Below, piece after piece: positions 9,610-19,234 of a stretch of 57,117 nt of DNA (its first letter is position 1; every line of letters starts with the position of its first letter). A program made the translations under genes and the position numbers. The notes beneath the pieces were generated by a model. That model saw only the letters and a list, made by a program, of their open reading frames with translations. It was not told the DNA's origin and did no database searches. The DNA is from an uncultured Planctomycetota bacterium. GTDB taxonomy: Bacteria > Planctomycetota > UBA11346. The stretch is from positions 1-57,117 of the forward strand of contig CAIUVD010000253.1 of NCBI GenBank assembly GCA_903902515.1, written 5' to 3'.

Positions 9610-10608
9610 TCAGGTATCTGAGGCCACTGACCCGTCATGCGCCCTGGCGATTTCCTGAAGACACGCCGGGGTCAAGGGGGTGTTGATGGCGGCCATGGTG
9701 CTCTCGAGATGCTCAATGCGGTGGGGGCCGACGGCAGGAATAACCGTCAGCGGTGAGGTCGCAAAAAAGCCGAGCACCAAGGCCTCGATCGACACCGCAT
9801 GTCGCTTGGCGATATCACGCAAACGGTTTGCCAGGGCCTCATTCGGCGGGGTGAAGTAACGCGTGGCGATGGCCTTCTCCCGGGCCGCACCGCCCGCTAA
9901 GAATTTGCTAAAAAATCCATTCGCTTGTGAGGAATGCGGTACGGCGGCGATCCGATGTTCCCGCATGACGGCCTCGGTTTCGTCGGTGTGGGTCAACACA
10001 TCGGCATACCCGGTCGGCGTGGCGTGCCGCAGGGCCATATGCCACTCCACCTGGTTGGTAACAAATCCGGTAACCTGGCGTGACTGGGCATAGCGCATGG
10101 CCTGGTCGATCCGTTGCGGCGTCCAGTTAGAACAGGCGTAATACCGCAGATTCCCCTTCGCGACGAAGTCCTCGAGGGTGTCGATGATCTCCGAAACCGG
10201 AATACGTTCATCATCTCGATGCAGATAGTAGAGATCGATGACGTCCGTACGCAGGGCGGCTAAACTTGCCGCCACATCGATCGCCAGCTCTGCCGGCGAG
10301 AGCTGCGGGCTCCAGGGAACATCCGGAATGCCGATCAGGGGATGCCCGCCCTTGGTGGAAAGGATCACACGGTCACGGACCTTCCGGGAGGCCATCCAGT
10401 CCCCAAGAATCCGTTCGCTCCGGCCCCGTTCACCCGGAACCCAATCCGAGTACACCCGGGCAGTCTCGATAAAGGTTCCGCCAAGCTCAAGGTAGCGGTC
10501 GAACACCGCAAAAGCCTCGGCGTCGGTGTTGAGGATCCCTTGACCCGCAGTTCCTAAACAAACCGCCGAAACCGAAAGCGAGGTGCGGGGAATGGTGAGG
10601 TAATGCAT
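9610..10608 (-). CDS. Aldo/keto reductase
   Basis: SAVCLGT, IETARVY, SERILG, STKGGHP, SLAALRTDVIDLYYLHRDD and SNW motifs. Confidence 0.93.
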   Translation of the reverse strand: MHYLTIPRTSLSVSAVCLGTAGQGILNTDAEAFAVFDRYLELGGTFIETARVYSDWVPGERGRSERILGDWMASRKVRDRVILSTKGGHPLIGIPDVPWSPQLSPAELAIDVAASLAALRTDVIDLYYLHRDDERIPVSEIIDTLEDFVAKGNLRYYACSNWTPQRIDQAMRYAQSRQVTGFVTNQVEWHMALRHATPTGYADVLTHTDETEAVMREHRIAAVPHSSQANGFFSKFLAGGAAREKAIATRYFTPPNEALANRLRDIAKRHAVSIEALVLGFFATSPLTVIPAVGPHRIEHLESTMAAINTPLTPACLQEIARAHDGSVASDT

Positions 10609-11131
10609 AGCGAGAGGGCTTTCGTAGAAAAAAAATGGGAGGCTGCTGGGAATAGGCGGGACCACCACCCTGCGAGGACATGGGACACGTCAGACTTCTC
10701 AGGCGTGGAGAGGGCCGAAATCTGGACTCGCATCACCCGGTGCTGCTGGAAACCCAATACCATGCCATCCGTGATGGCAGATGAAGTCTTGGAAGATGCC
10801 GGACCACGCCAACAGAGCTATCCATTGGCAGAGAATGGCAGCTTTTAGCACATCATTACCTTAGGGTCACCATCAATTCCCGGCCATGACCCTAGTGGGC
10901 GCATGCCTACCCTTCCTGGGCCATGGAGGCGGGCCAGGAGAGAACACGCCGAACCATCCCTGGGAATCCCTCCGGGTGGAAACCCCCAGACGGGTAAGAC
11001 ACGCACCTTAGGCCCGATTGCCAGCTCCGCCCCGCCACGAAGGTAGCCTGCGTTCGAGGCGTCTTAGCCAGGTCCCGTCAGGAGATCCCCATGCCACACG
11101 TTGAGCGATACCACTCCGAGGGGCTCTTCAG

Positions 11132-12706
11132 ATGGCGCGACGCCGTCGCGAGCGTGTGCTGATGCCACCCGTTCCTTCTGTAACCGCCCATCTTTCAGAC
11201 CTCCACGGAATCGATGCCACGGCCGCCTTCCGCGCCGCACTGCCCCGAGCCCCGCCGGATGCACGGCCGGTGTTCCTGACCGGGGCGACCGGATACATCG
11301 GCGGACGGCTGGTTCGGTGGCTCCTCGATCGCGGGTGGTCGGTCCGGGTGGCGGTGCGCTCGCTCGATAAACTCGCGGCCCGGCCGTGGGCCAATGACCC
11401 CCGACTCCAAGCGGTGGCCGTGGACCTCACGGAGGTGGACCGGTTGACCGAGGCCATGCAGGGGTGCGGCCCGGCCTACTACCTCGTCCACTCGATGCTG
11501 GTGGCCGGCAAAGACTTTCATGCCCAGGATCAGACCCTGGCCAAAATCTTTGCCCTGGCGGCCGGGGCGGCCGGATTGGAGCGCATCGTCTACCTCGGCG
11601 GCCTGGGCGAAACCGGGCCAGGCCTGAGCGAACACCTGGCCTCTCGACGGGCGGTGGAAGAAGCCCTGGCGGCGGGTCCGGTGCCCCTGACGGCCTTCCG
11701 CGCCGGGGTGATCCTGGGGAGCGGCTCGACCTCCTTTGAGATCCTCCGCTACCTGGTGGAGCGTCTGCCGGTGATGGTCACTCCCCGGTGGGTCGACACG
11801 GCCTGCCAACCGATCGCCGTGCGCAATGTCCTCCATGCCCTGGTGGCCTGTCTCAGCACACCGGCCACCGTCGGGGCGACCCTAGACCTCGGAGGGCCTG
11901 AGGTCATCAGCTACCGGGAACTGATGCAAACCACCGCCGCCGCCCTGGGCCTGCGCCATCGGTGGATCATCCCGGTACCGGTGCTGACCCCACGGCTGTC
12001 CTCGTGGTGGATCCATCTGGTGACACCGATCGACCATCGCCTCGCTCGGCCCTTGGCCGACGGGCTGCGGAATCCCGTGGTCTGCCGCGATGACCGGGCC
12101 ATCCGCCTGATGCCTCAACGCCTGCTCCGGGTGCGCGAGGCCTGTGATCTGGCCGTGGGCCGGGAGATTGCCGGGTTGGTGGAGACCAGCTGGAGTGACG
12201 CGGGGCCGATGCCCGGGGATCCCCAATGGGCGGGCGGTACCGTGCTGGGAGATCGTCGCGTGGGCATCACCGGGGCCTCGGCTTCGGCGGTTTTTGCGGC
12301 CATTTGCCGGGTTGGCGGCAAACACGGTTGGTATGCCACTGATAGCCTGTGGGCCCTCCGCGGGTGGCTCGACCGCCTGGTGGGGGGGCCTGGGCTGCGT
12401 CGGGGTCGACGGGATCCGCTACGGCTGTTGCCGGGGGACGCGGTGGATTTCTGGCGGGTGGCGGCAGTGGAGACCGACCACCGCCTGGAATTGACCGCTG
12501 AGATGCGATTACCCGGTGAGGCCCGCCTGGAATGGACCATCATCGATCACGGGCACCAACGCGAGGTGGTCCAACAGGCCCGCTTCCGCCCCCGAGGACT
12601 GGCGGGCCTCCTGTATTGGTACGCCGTCGCCCCGCTGCACGGTCTGGTCTTCCCCCGGATGCTCGCCGGCATCCTGCGGGCGGCAGAGGATATCGATCGC
12701 CCCTGA
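11132..12706 (+). CDS. YbjT-like NAD(P)-binding atypical SDR with C-terminal DUF2867-like domain
   Basis: TGATGYIGGRL, YYLVHSM, YLGGLG, QPIAV, GGKHGWY, DFWRV and AEMRLPGEARLEW. The start may be 11162. Confidence 0.88.
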   Translation: MARRRRERVLMPPVPSVTAHLSDLHGIDATAAFRAALPRAPPDARPVFLTGATGYIGGRLVRWLLDRGWSVRVAVRSLDKLAARPWANDPRLQAVAVDLTEVDRLTEAMQGCGPAYYLVHSMLVAGKDFHAQDQTLAKIFALAAGAAGLERIVYLGGLGETGPGLSEHLASRRAVEEALAAGPVPLTAFRAGVILGSGSTSFEILRYLVERLPVMVTPRWVDTACQPIAVRNVLHALVACLSTPATVGATLDLGGPEVISYRELMQTTAAALGLRHRWIIPVPVLTPRLSSWWIHLVTPIDHRLARPLADGLRNPVVCRDDRAIRLMPQRLLRVREACDLAVGREIAGLVETSWSDAGPMPGDPQWAGGTVLGDRRVGITGASASAVFAAICRVGGKHGWYATDSLWALRGWLDRLVGGPGLRRGRRDPLRLLPGDAVDFWRVAAVETDHRLELTAEMRLPGEARLEWTIIDHGHQREVVQQARFRPRGLAGLLYWYAVAPLHGLVFPRMLAGILRAAEDIDRP

Positions 12707-12709
12707 GGA

Positions 12710-14029
12710 CTACCGGGCCTCGGGCCTGCCGCCGGTCGCTTCATCGACAATCACCGCCGTCACCACATCGGCGGCGACGTTCAAAGTCGTGCGGGCCATA
12801 TCGAGCAGGCGGTCGACGCCGAGGACCAGGGCAATGCCTTCCCCAGGCACACCAACGGCGGTGCACAGGCCGATGATCAGGGGCAAGGAACCGCCGGGGA
12901 TGCCGGCCACCGCCACCGCCGACAGCACCGCCAGACCCAAAAGGACCATCTGCTGGGCCAGGGTCAGATCGATGCCGAAGGCCTGGGCCGCAAACAGCAC
13001 CACGCAGCCCTCGTACAGGGCGGTGCCACTCATGTTCATGGTCGCCCCCAGGGGCAACACGAAGGACGCCACGCTGGGCGTTACCCCCAGGCGTTCCCGC
13101 GTGACCTTGATACAGGTCGGCAAGGTGGCGTTCGAGGACGAGGTCGAGAACGCCGTCACCAGGATGGTGCCGATGGCCTTAAAGAAGGGCACCGGCCGGA
13201 CCCGGGAAAACATCAGCAGCAGCAAGGACATGGTGCCGAAGAGGTGGATGGCGATGACCCCCAGCACACCGACCACGAATAGGGCAACGGCGGTCAAATA
13301 AGCCGCGCCAAAACGCATCACCGTCGCCGCCACCAGCAGGGCCACGGCATAGGGCGCCAGGGCCAGGGCCCAGGCCACGATCCGGGCCATCAGGAGATTG
13401 ACGGTCTCCAGGCCGTCCTCCAGGCGTTGCCGACGGTCCTCGGCCAGGGTGGTGGCAGCGGCGCCCGTCAGCAGGGCGGCGATGATCAGGGGCAGGATCT
13501 GGAAGTCCGTGACGGCCTTGAGGACATTGCGCGGCAGCAGCAGGTCGAGAAGGGTCCGGAGCCCGAAACCGCCGGCCTGCTGACTGGCGGCCGTGGCCTG
13601 GATACCCGCCAGGGCCTGACCCTGGGACTCCCGCAGACCATCCCGCACCCCCGCATCCATGGCACTGCCCGGGGCCAGGATGTGCATCATCACCAACCCC
13701 AGGGCGACACTGATCACCATGTTGAGGCCAAACAACGCCATGGTCCGCCAGGCCAAGCCCCCCAGGCGATCCAGCCGCCCCTGCTGAGACACCCCCAGCA
13801 CCAGGCTGGCAAACACCAAAGGCACGACCACCAGGAACAGGAGACGCAGGAAGATCTGACCGACGGGATCCAGGAGGTTAGTCGCCACCCACGTGCCCGT
13901 CGTAGCCCAGGCACCGACCTCAGAGGCCGGCAACGCCCACAGCAGGCCCTGCCACAGCAGACCAACCACGAGGCCCACCACCATACCCACCAGGATGTGA
14001 CCGGCCTGTCGCGACTGGGGGATCGTCAT
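12710..14029 (-). CDS. Dicarboxylate/amino acid:cation symporter (DAACS, GltP-like)
   Basis: TAFSTSSSNATLP, PLGATMNMSGTALY and GVDRLLDMARTTLNV. Confidence 0.95.
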   Translation of the reverse strand: MTIPQSRQAGHILVGMVVGLVVGLLWQGLLWALPASEVGAWATTGTWVATNLLDPVGQIFLRLLFLVVVPLVFASLVLGVSQQGRLDRLGGLAWRTMALFGLNMVISVALGLVMMHILAPGSAMDAGVRDGLRESQGQALAGIQATAASQQAGGFGLRTLLDLLLPRNVLKAVTDFQILPLIIAALLTGAAATTLAEDRRQRLEDGLETVNLLMARIVAWALALAPYAVALLVAATVMRFGAAYLTAVALFVVGVLGVIAIHLFGTMSLLLLMFSRVRPVPFFKAIGTILVTAFSTSSSNATLPTCIKVTRERLGVTPSVASFVLPLGATMNMSGTALYEGCVVLFAAQAFGIDLTLAQQMVLLGLAVLSAVAVAGIPGGSLPLIIGLCTAVGVPGEGIALVLGVDRLLDMARTTLNVAADVVTAVIVDEATGGRPEAR

Positions 14030-14162
14030 AAGCGGTCACGATCAAGTTGAGCCCGGGGAGGGCAATGGTGCGCGAGTGTTACGGTTCTCCTGGCAGACCG
14101 CCGGGTTTGGGGACATCCTGGTGGACTACCTCCCTCTTTTGCCGCGCCGTCCTGGCTGGACC

Positions 14163-15113
14163 ATGCCGACCATGATCGCCATTGCTCACGACCGCCAGCT
14201 GCTCGGAGTCCTGGCTGTCTATGCCGTCGTGGTGTTTTCGGGGCTCAAGAGTTTTGCCCTGTGGGACCAGGTCCGGTTGCTGCTCGATGCCAGTCCCTTG
14301 GCGATGATCCTGCAAGGGCATCCGCACACCCTGCGGTTTCTGGTGGTGCAGCCGGCGGTGATGGCGGATCGGCTCGGAATAGACCCGGATCCGGCATGGA
14401 CGTTGTGTTGTTTTCTGTTGGTAGTTGCCACGGCCCTTTTGTGCGCCCGGGCGGCAGCACTCATAAAGGGGCCAGGCCACCTTATCGCGAGCGATAAGGT
14501 GGCCTGTCCCCTTTGTGGTGAGGTGGCCTTACGAGCCCCAGCCCTGGCCGCCCTGGGCTCCGTCAGCCTGTTCATGAACGGCCGGCTGATCCCAGCCTTT
14601 GCGGGGGTGGCCCTGGCGCTGGCCATCCTGGCCGAACGCCGGGCCGGGATCGCCCGCTGGACCTGGGTTCCGGGTCTGCTGGTGGCCCTGCTGCTGGCCT
14701 CGGTGAGCAGCGGGACCCTGGCAGTGGCCGTCGCAGCCTGCGTCCTGGCCTGGCTGGCGGCCCCGGGGACCTCCCGCTGGCTGGGGGCCGTCGTAGCCGG
14801 CCTCGGCGCGCTCCTGGTGGCGGCCGGGGCGTGGAAGGCGCTGGTCTTCTTCAAGGGCGACATCCTGGCGGCCCTCGCCCATGGGCCGGGGGCCTTTCTA
14901 GCCCCCCTCGGCGCGGCGGCGGGCGGGGTCATCCTGGTCCTCCTGGGCCTGGGGCTGGCCTGGGCCCTGGGCCGGGAGCCATCCCGCCGGCCGGTGCGTC
15001 TCGTCGTCCTGGCCGCCGCCGCCGCGGGCCTATTCGGCTGGTCGACCCTCGCGGTGGGCTTGGTGCCCGCCCTGGTGGTGCTGCTGGCCTGGGCAGCACC
15101 GGAGCCCGCGTAG
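14163..15113 (+). CDS. Polytopic membrane protein of unknown function
   Basis: About 9-10 hydrophobic segments with polar motifs HPHTLR, FMNGR and SVSSG. Start uncertain (14076, 14163 or 14172). Confidence 0.65.
   Translation: MPTMIAIAHDRQLLGVLAVYAVVVFSGLKSFALWDQVRLLLDASPLAMILQGHPHTLRFLVVQPAVMADRLGIDPDPAWTLCCFLLVVATALLCARAAALIKGPGHLIASDKVACPLCGEVALRAPALAALGSVSLFMNGRLIPAFAGVALALAILAERRAGIARWTWVPGLLVALLLASVSSGTLAVAVAACVLAWLAAPGTSRWLGAVVAGLGALLVAAGAWKALVFFKGDILAALAHGPGAFLAPLGAAAGGVILVLLGLGLAWALGREPSRRPVRLVVLAAAAAGLFGWSTLAVGLVPALVVLLAWAAPEPA
14462..14517. repeat. 56-bp palindromic (REP-like) element inside a CDS
   Basis: CATAAAGGGGC-CAGGCCACCTTATCGC-GA-GCGATAAGGTGGCCTG-TCCCCTTTGTG: a perfect 16-bp inner stem extending to 27 bp with two imperfect pairs. 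Confidence 0.85.
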
Positions 15114-15145
15114 ACTTTCGCCCTGCTCCGGGCACCATGGCGGCC

Positions 15146-15976
15146 ATGACCTTTCCCGCCGTCTGCCTCTCGATTGGTTCCTCGGACACCTCCGGCGGGG
15201 CCGGAATCCAAGGGGATCTCAAGACCTTCACCGCCCTCTCGATCCACGGCCTGTCGGTGATCACGGCCGTGAATGCCCAGGGATTGGCTGGTGTTGCCGA
15301 TGTCATGCCCATCCCCGAGGCCCACGTCCGGGCCCAGCTGGAGGCCCTGGAAACCGATTTCACTATCGGCGCCATCAAGGTCGGTTGGTGCCCCACGGTG
15401 GACGTGATGCGAGTCGTCGGCCGCTGGCTGCGCCAGCACCCCCGCATCCCGGTAGTCCTCGATCCGGTGGCCACCGATGGCCGGGGCATTCCCCAGATGA
15501 CCCCGGAAATGGTCGAGGCCCTACGCACGGACCTGCTGCCCCGGGCGACCATCGCCACCCCCAACCGCTTCGAAGCCGCCCTGCTGGCCGGAATGGAGGA
15601 GTGCCTGACCCGCGAGGACATGGAGGCCGCCGCCATCGCCCTGCGGGACCGCCACGGCTGTTCGGTGCTGGTGACCGGCGGCAGTTCCGGCACCGAGGCC
15701 CTGGACGTGCTGGCGGCCATCGACGGCCTGCGCCACTTCTCGACCCCGGCCCACCCTCGGCCCAAGGTCCATGGCCAGGGCTCGTGCCACGCCGCCGCCA
15801 TTGCCGCCGGCCTGGCCCGGCACGACGGCCTGCGGGAAGCCATCGTCGCCGCCAAACTTTACATCGGTGCGGCCATTGCCGCCGCCCCGACGACCACCAC
15901 CGACCGCTCGGTGCTGTGGCATGCGGTGACGGTCCGCGAACAGGTCATCGCGCCGCCGGTGGCTCAGGATCCGTAA
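15146..15976 (+). CDS. thiD: Hydroxymethylpyrimidine/phosphomethylpyrimidine kinase
   Basis: IGSSDTSGGAGIQGDLKTF, VITAVNAQ, IKVG, VLDPV, TPNRFEA and HGQGSC. Confidence 0.88.
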   Translation: MTFPAVCLSIGSSDTSGGAGIQGDLKTFTALSIHGLSVITAVNAQGLAGVADVMPIPEAHVRAQLEALETDFTIGAIKVGWCPTVDVMRVVGRWLRQHPRIPVVLDPVATDGRGIPQMTPEMVEALRTDLLPRATIATPNRFEAALLAGMEECLTREDMEAAAIALRDRHGCSVLVTGGSSGTEALDVLAAIDGLRHFSTPAHPRPKVHGQGSCHAAAIAAGLARHDGLREAIVAAKLYIGAAIAAAPTTTTDRSVLWHAVTVREQVIAPPVAQDP

Positions 15977-16037
15977 GTCACCGCGAACGGCCTAGCGCCT
16001 GCGACGGATCCCATAGGATCAGGCCCAGGAGAATCCC

Positions 16038-16790
16038 ATGCTGTTGGCCCGCCTCGGCAACCTGTTCAAAGGTTTCCTCACCATCTTCGTCTCTAGCGTC
16101 GAGAAGAAGAACCCCGAGGTGCTGCTGGAACTGGAGAAGGAAAACCTCCGGACCCAGATCGGCCAGTACAACCAGGGCTTGGCCTCCCACGCCGGGATGT
16201 GCGAGCGCCTGATGAGCCAGGTTCGCAAGTTGGAACTCGACGAGCGCGACCTCCGGGCCAAGACCACTGCCCACCTCAAGGCCGGCAATCGCGAGGCCGC
16301 CGGACAGTACGCCCTGCGCCTCCAGACCATCGAACGGGAACTGGCGGAAAACCGTACCCAGTTAGAGCAGGCCGAGACCACCTACAAGGATCTGGTGAAG
16401 GCGCGCGATGTCTCCATCAGCGCCGCCAAGGCCAAGATCGAAGCCCTCAAGGGCGCGATTCAGGACCTGCGCATGAAGCAGGCCATGGCCGAGATGAACG
16501 AGATGGCCGCCGGCATGATCAGCCAGGTCGGTGGAGCCGGGGATACCCTCAACCGTCTCACGGAAATGGTCGAGGACGAACGCACCCACGCCGCCGGTCG
16601 GGCCCGGGTGGCCCGGGACGCCGTCGACATGGGCGACATCAAGCTGAAAGAGGCCGAGCAGACCGCCCTGGCGGACCAGGCCCTGGCGGATTTCGCCGCC
16701 AAGTCCGGCATGGCCATCGACGCCCCCGCCGGGGCCGCCCCGGCCGCCGCTCCCCGCACCATGGGCCCCTCCGTTTCCCAGGGGGCCTAA
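16038..16790 (+). CDS. PspA/IM30 (ESCRT-III superfamily) protein
   Basis: All-helical coiled coil of 250 aa with amphipathic N-terminus LARLGNLFKGFL, EKKNPE and A..HLKAGNREAA; AGGAG RBS. Confidence 0.85.
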   Translation: MLLARLGNLFKGFLTIFVSSVEKKNPEVLLELEKENLRTQIGQYNQGLASHAGMCERLMSQVRKLELDERDLRAKTTAHLKAGNREAAGQYALRLQTIERELAENRTQLEQAETTYKDLVKARDVSISAAKAKIEALKGAIQDLRMKQAMAEMNEMAAGMISQVGGAGDTLNRLTEMVEDERTHAAGRARVARDAVDMGDIKLKEAEQTALADQALADFAAKSGMAIDAPAGAAPAAAPRTMGPSVSQGA

Positions 16791-16793
16791 GTC

Positions 16794-18431
16794 ATGCCCA
16801 TGCCCGCCGGGGCGCCGGCCTGGGCCGTGCGCCTGGCCGAGGACTACGAAAGCGGCGCCGCCACCCAGTTCGTGCTCCATGGCGCGGTCGATGACCGCCT
16901 GCCCCAGGGCGATGGCCTCAAACCGGTGGCCGACTGGCTGGTGGAGGCCCTGCTGCCGTCCTTCCCGGTGGTCCTGCAGTACGACCTCGGCAATGGCCTG
17001 CGGGTGTTGCGCGGCACCGACCTGACGGGCCAGTGGTCCGGCTTCACCACGCCCCGCCAGCCCCGGCCGGCGGTCGAATCCATCTCCGGCTACTTGCGCT
17101 ACCTGCATAATCTGCGGGCATTGACCAGCGCCGTGCCGCCCGCCGTGGCGGTGCTGGTGCGTGGGGCGGAACAAGTCTTCCCAGCCCAAACCCCCGGCCA
17201 CGAACAGGCCGGCCTGGTGGCCCTGGTGCGGGAGTGGAGCACCGCCGCGCCCTTCCTGGACCTGCCCTTCGCCAGCATCCTGATCGCCGACAGCGTAGCC
17301 GATCTGAACCCCCTGCTGGCGCGCAATCCCGCGGCCAGCGTGGTCGAGGTCGGCCTGCCGGATGCCACCGCCCTGGGCCGGGGCCTCGACCTGCTGCGGG
17401 CCGCCCACCCGGCGGCCTTCCCCGCCGACCTGACCAGCGCCGTCCTCGCCCCGCAACTCAAGGGCTGTTCGTTAGTGGCGGTGGAATCCGCCGTCCGCCG
17501 GGCCGCCCACCGCCGTACACCCCTGGCCGCCAACGACCTCAGCTCCCTGAAAAAATCCCTGGTCGAGGGCGAAGCCAAGGACCTCCTCGAATTCCTGACC
17601 GCCGACCGGACCCTCGACGACTACCACGGCCAGGAAGCCCTCAAAACCTGGATCCGCCAGGACGCCGCCCTGTGGCGCAAGGGCGACCTCGCGGCCCTGC
17701 CCATGGGCTACCTGCTGTGCGGTCCGGTGGGCACCGGCAAAACCTTCCTGGTCGAGTGCATCGCCGGCGAGGCCGGGGTGCCAGTGGTCAAACTCAAGAA
17801 TTTCCGGGACCGTTGGGTCGGGTCGTCAGAAGCGAATCTCGAAAAAATCTTCCGCCTCGTCCACGCCCTGGACCGCTGCATGGTATTTGTCGACGAAGCC
17901 GACCAGAGCCTCGGCAAGCGCGAGACGGACAGCAGCGATGGCGGCCTAGGCGGCCGGCTCTACGCTCGTTTCGCCGAGGAAATGTCCAACTCCCGCAATC
18001 GGGGCAAGGTCATGTGGCTGCTCGCCTCGTCGCGCCCGGACCTGATTGAGGTCGACCTCAAACGCCCGGGCCGCATCGATGTGAAGGTGCCCCTGCTGCC
18101 CACCGCCACGGTCGAGGAATCCGCCAGCCTGATCGCCATGCTCGCCAAGCGGCGGGGCCTGCTCCTGGATGAGGCGGCCCGCGCCGTCCTTGCCCCGGGC
18201 CTGCCGGTGCGCCTCACGCCGGGCGCCGCCGAGGCCCTGGCGGTCAAGGCCTACCGCCTCGCCCAAACCCGGAACCTCAACGCCTTCGAGGCGATGACCG
18301 CTGCCTTAGAAGGCTGGCAGCCTCCGGTGCCGCCGGATGTCATGGAACGTCAGATGCGCTTGGCGGTGCGCGAAGCCAGCGACCTGGCCTTCGTCCCGCC
18401 CTCCTTCCGCCATCTCGCTGAAGCGCCGTGA
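16794..18431 (+). CDS. Classical-clade AAA+ ATPase with degenerate N-terminal domain
   Basis: Walker A GPVGTGKT, pore loop RWVGSSEANL, Walker B VFVDEAD and SRH SSRPDLIEVDLKRPGRID. Confidence 0.92.
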   Translation: MPMPAGAPAWAVRLAEDYESGAATQFVLHGAVDDRLPQGDGLKPVADWLVEALLPSFPVVLQYDLGNGLRVLRGTDLTGQWSGFTTPRQPRPAVESISGYLRYLHNLRALTSAVPPAVAVLVRGAEQVFPAQTPGHEQAGLVALVREWSTAAPFLDLPFASILIADSVADLNPLLARNPAASVVEVGLPDATALGRGLDLLRAAHPAAFPADLTSAVLAPQLKGCSLVAVESAVRRAAHRRTPLAANDLSSLKKSLVEGEAKDLLEFLTADRTLDDYHGQEALKTWIRQDAALWRKGDLAALPMGYLLCGPVGTGKTFLVECIAGEAGVPVVKLKNFRDRWVGSSEANLEKIFRLVHALDRCMVFVDEADQSLGKRETDSSDGGLGGRLYARFAEEMSNSRNRGKVMWLLASSRPDLIEVDLKRPGRIDVKVPLLPTATVEESASLIAMLAKRRGLLLDEAARAVLAPGLPVRLTPGAAEALAVKAYRLAQTRNLNAFEAMTAALEGWQPPVPPDVMERQMRLAVREASDLAFVPPSFRHLAEAP

Positions 18432-19234
18432 AATACCTGCTCGCCGCCTTCAATGCCCGGCCCCTGGGCCTGCTGGTGCCGCCCAACTGGATCGCCCTCG
18501 GGGTGGTCGGGCTGCTGGGGGTTTTCGTCAATCCCGGCTTCTGGCTGATCGGCGCCGGGCTGGAGGCGGCCTACCTGTGGGCGGTGTCGTCCCACCCCCG
18601 CTTCCGGGCGACGGTGGATGGCCCGGTGGTCGCGGCCCCGGACTTGCGCCATGCCCAGATGCTGGCCGGCCTGACGCCAATCGCCCGCAAGGCCCAGGAG
18701 GCCCTGGAGGCCCGGGGCGCGGAACTGGTGGCCATTCTCGCCCGCACGGGGGCCTTCACTGGCCAGGAGGAAACCGCCCAACTGTGCTGGTTGCACCTGC
18801 GGCTGCTGGCGGCCCGCAGCGGCGTGGCGGCGGTGGCCGGTGGTTCGATGCCGGAGTTGGCCGAACGCCAGGCCACCATCGACGCCCAGTTGGCCGACGC
18901 GGACCAGGACGACGCCACCCGGGGGAGCCTGGAGCGCCAGCGCGAAGTCCTGATCGAACGCCAGGCCAGCCTCAAGGCCGCCGTCGCCCGCCTGCGTTTC
19001 ATCGATGCCGAGCTAGAGCGCATTCGCCAGCAGTTGGAACTGGCCCGGGAGCAAGCCCTCTTGGCGGCCGATGCCGCCGGGCTGGCCCGCTCCGTGGACC
19101 TGGTGGCCGGGTCGTTGACCGAAGCCAACCGCTGGCTGGCCGACCGCCGCGACATCCTCGCCGACCTTGATCCCTTGGCCGAAGCCCCCTCGGCCCAACA
19201 CCTGTTCACCCCCCGCCCGGCCATATCCCAATGA
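18428..19234 (+). CDS. Two-TM membrane protein with C-terminal coiled coil
   Basis: Overlaps the AAA gene by GTGA; two N-terminal hydrophobic helices followed by a heptad-rich region. Confidence 0.8.
   Translation: MKYLLAAFNARPLGLLVPPNWIALGVVGLLGVFVNPGFWLIGAGLEAAYLWAVSSHPRFRATVDGPVVAAPDLRHAQMLAGLTPIARKAQEALEARGAELVAILARTGAFTGQEETAQLCWLHLRLLAARSGVAAVAGGSMPELAERQATIDAQLADADQDDATRGSLERQREVLIERQASLKAAVARLRFIDAELERIRQQLELAREQALLAADAAGLARSVDLVAGSLTEANRWLADRRDILADLDPLAEAPSAQHLFTPRPAISQ

Noticed and set aside
10609-11131. About 500-bp intergenic region with short ORFs and a small hairpin (TGCCATC-CGT-GATGGCA)
   Set aside because: No recognisable protein or RNA motif; consistent with a divergent promoter region.
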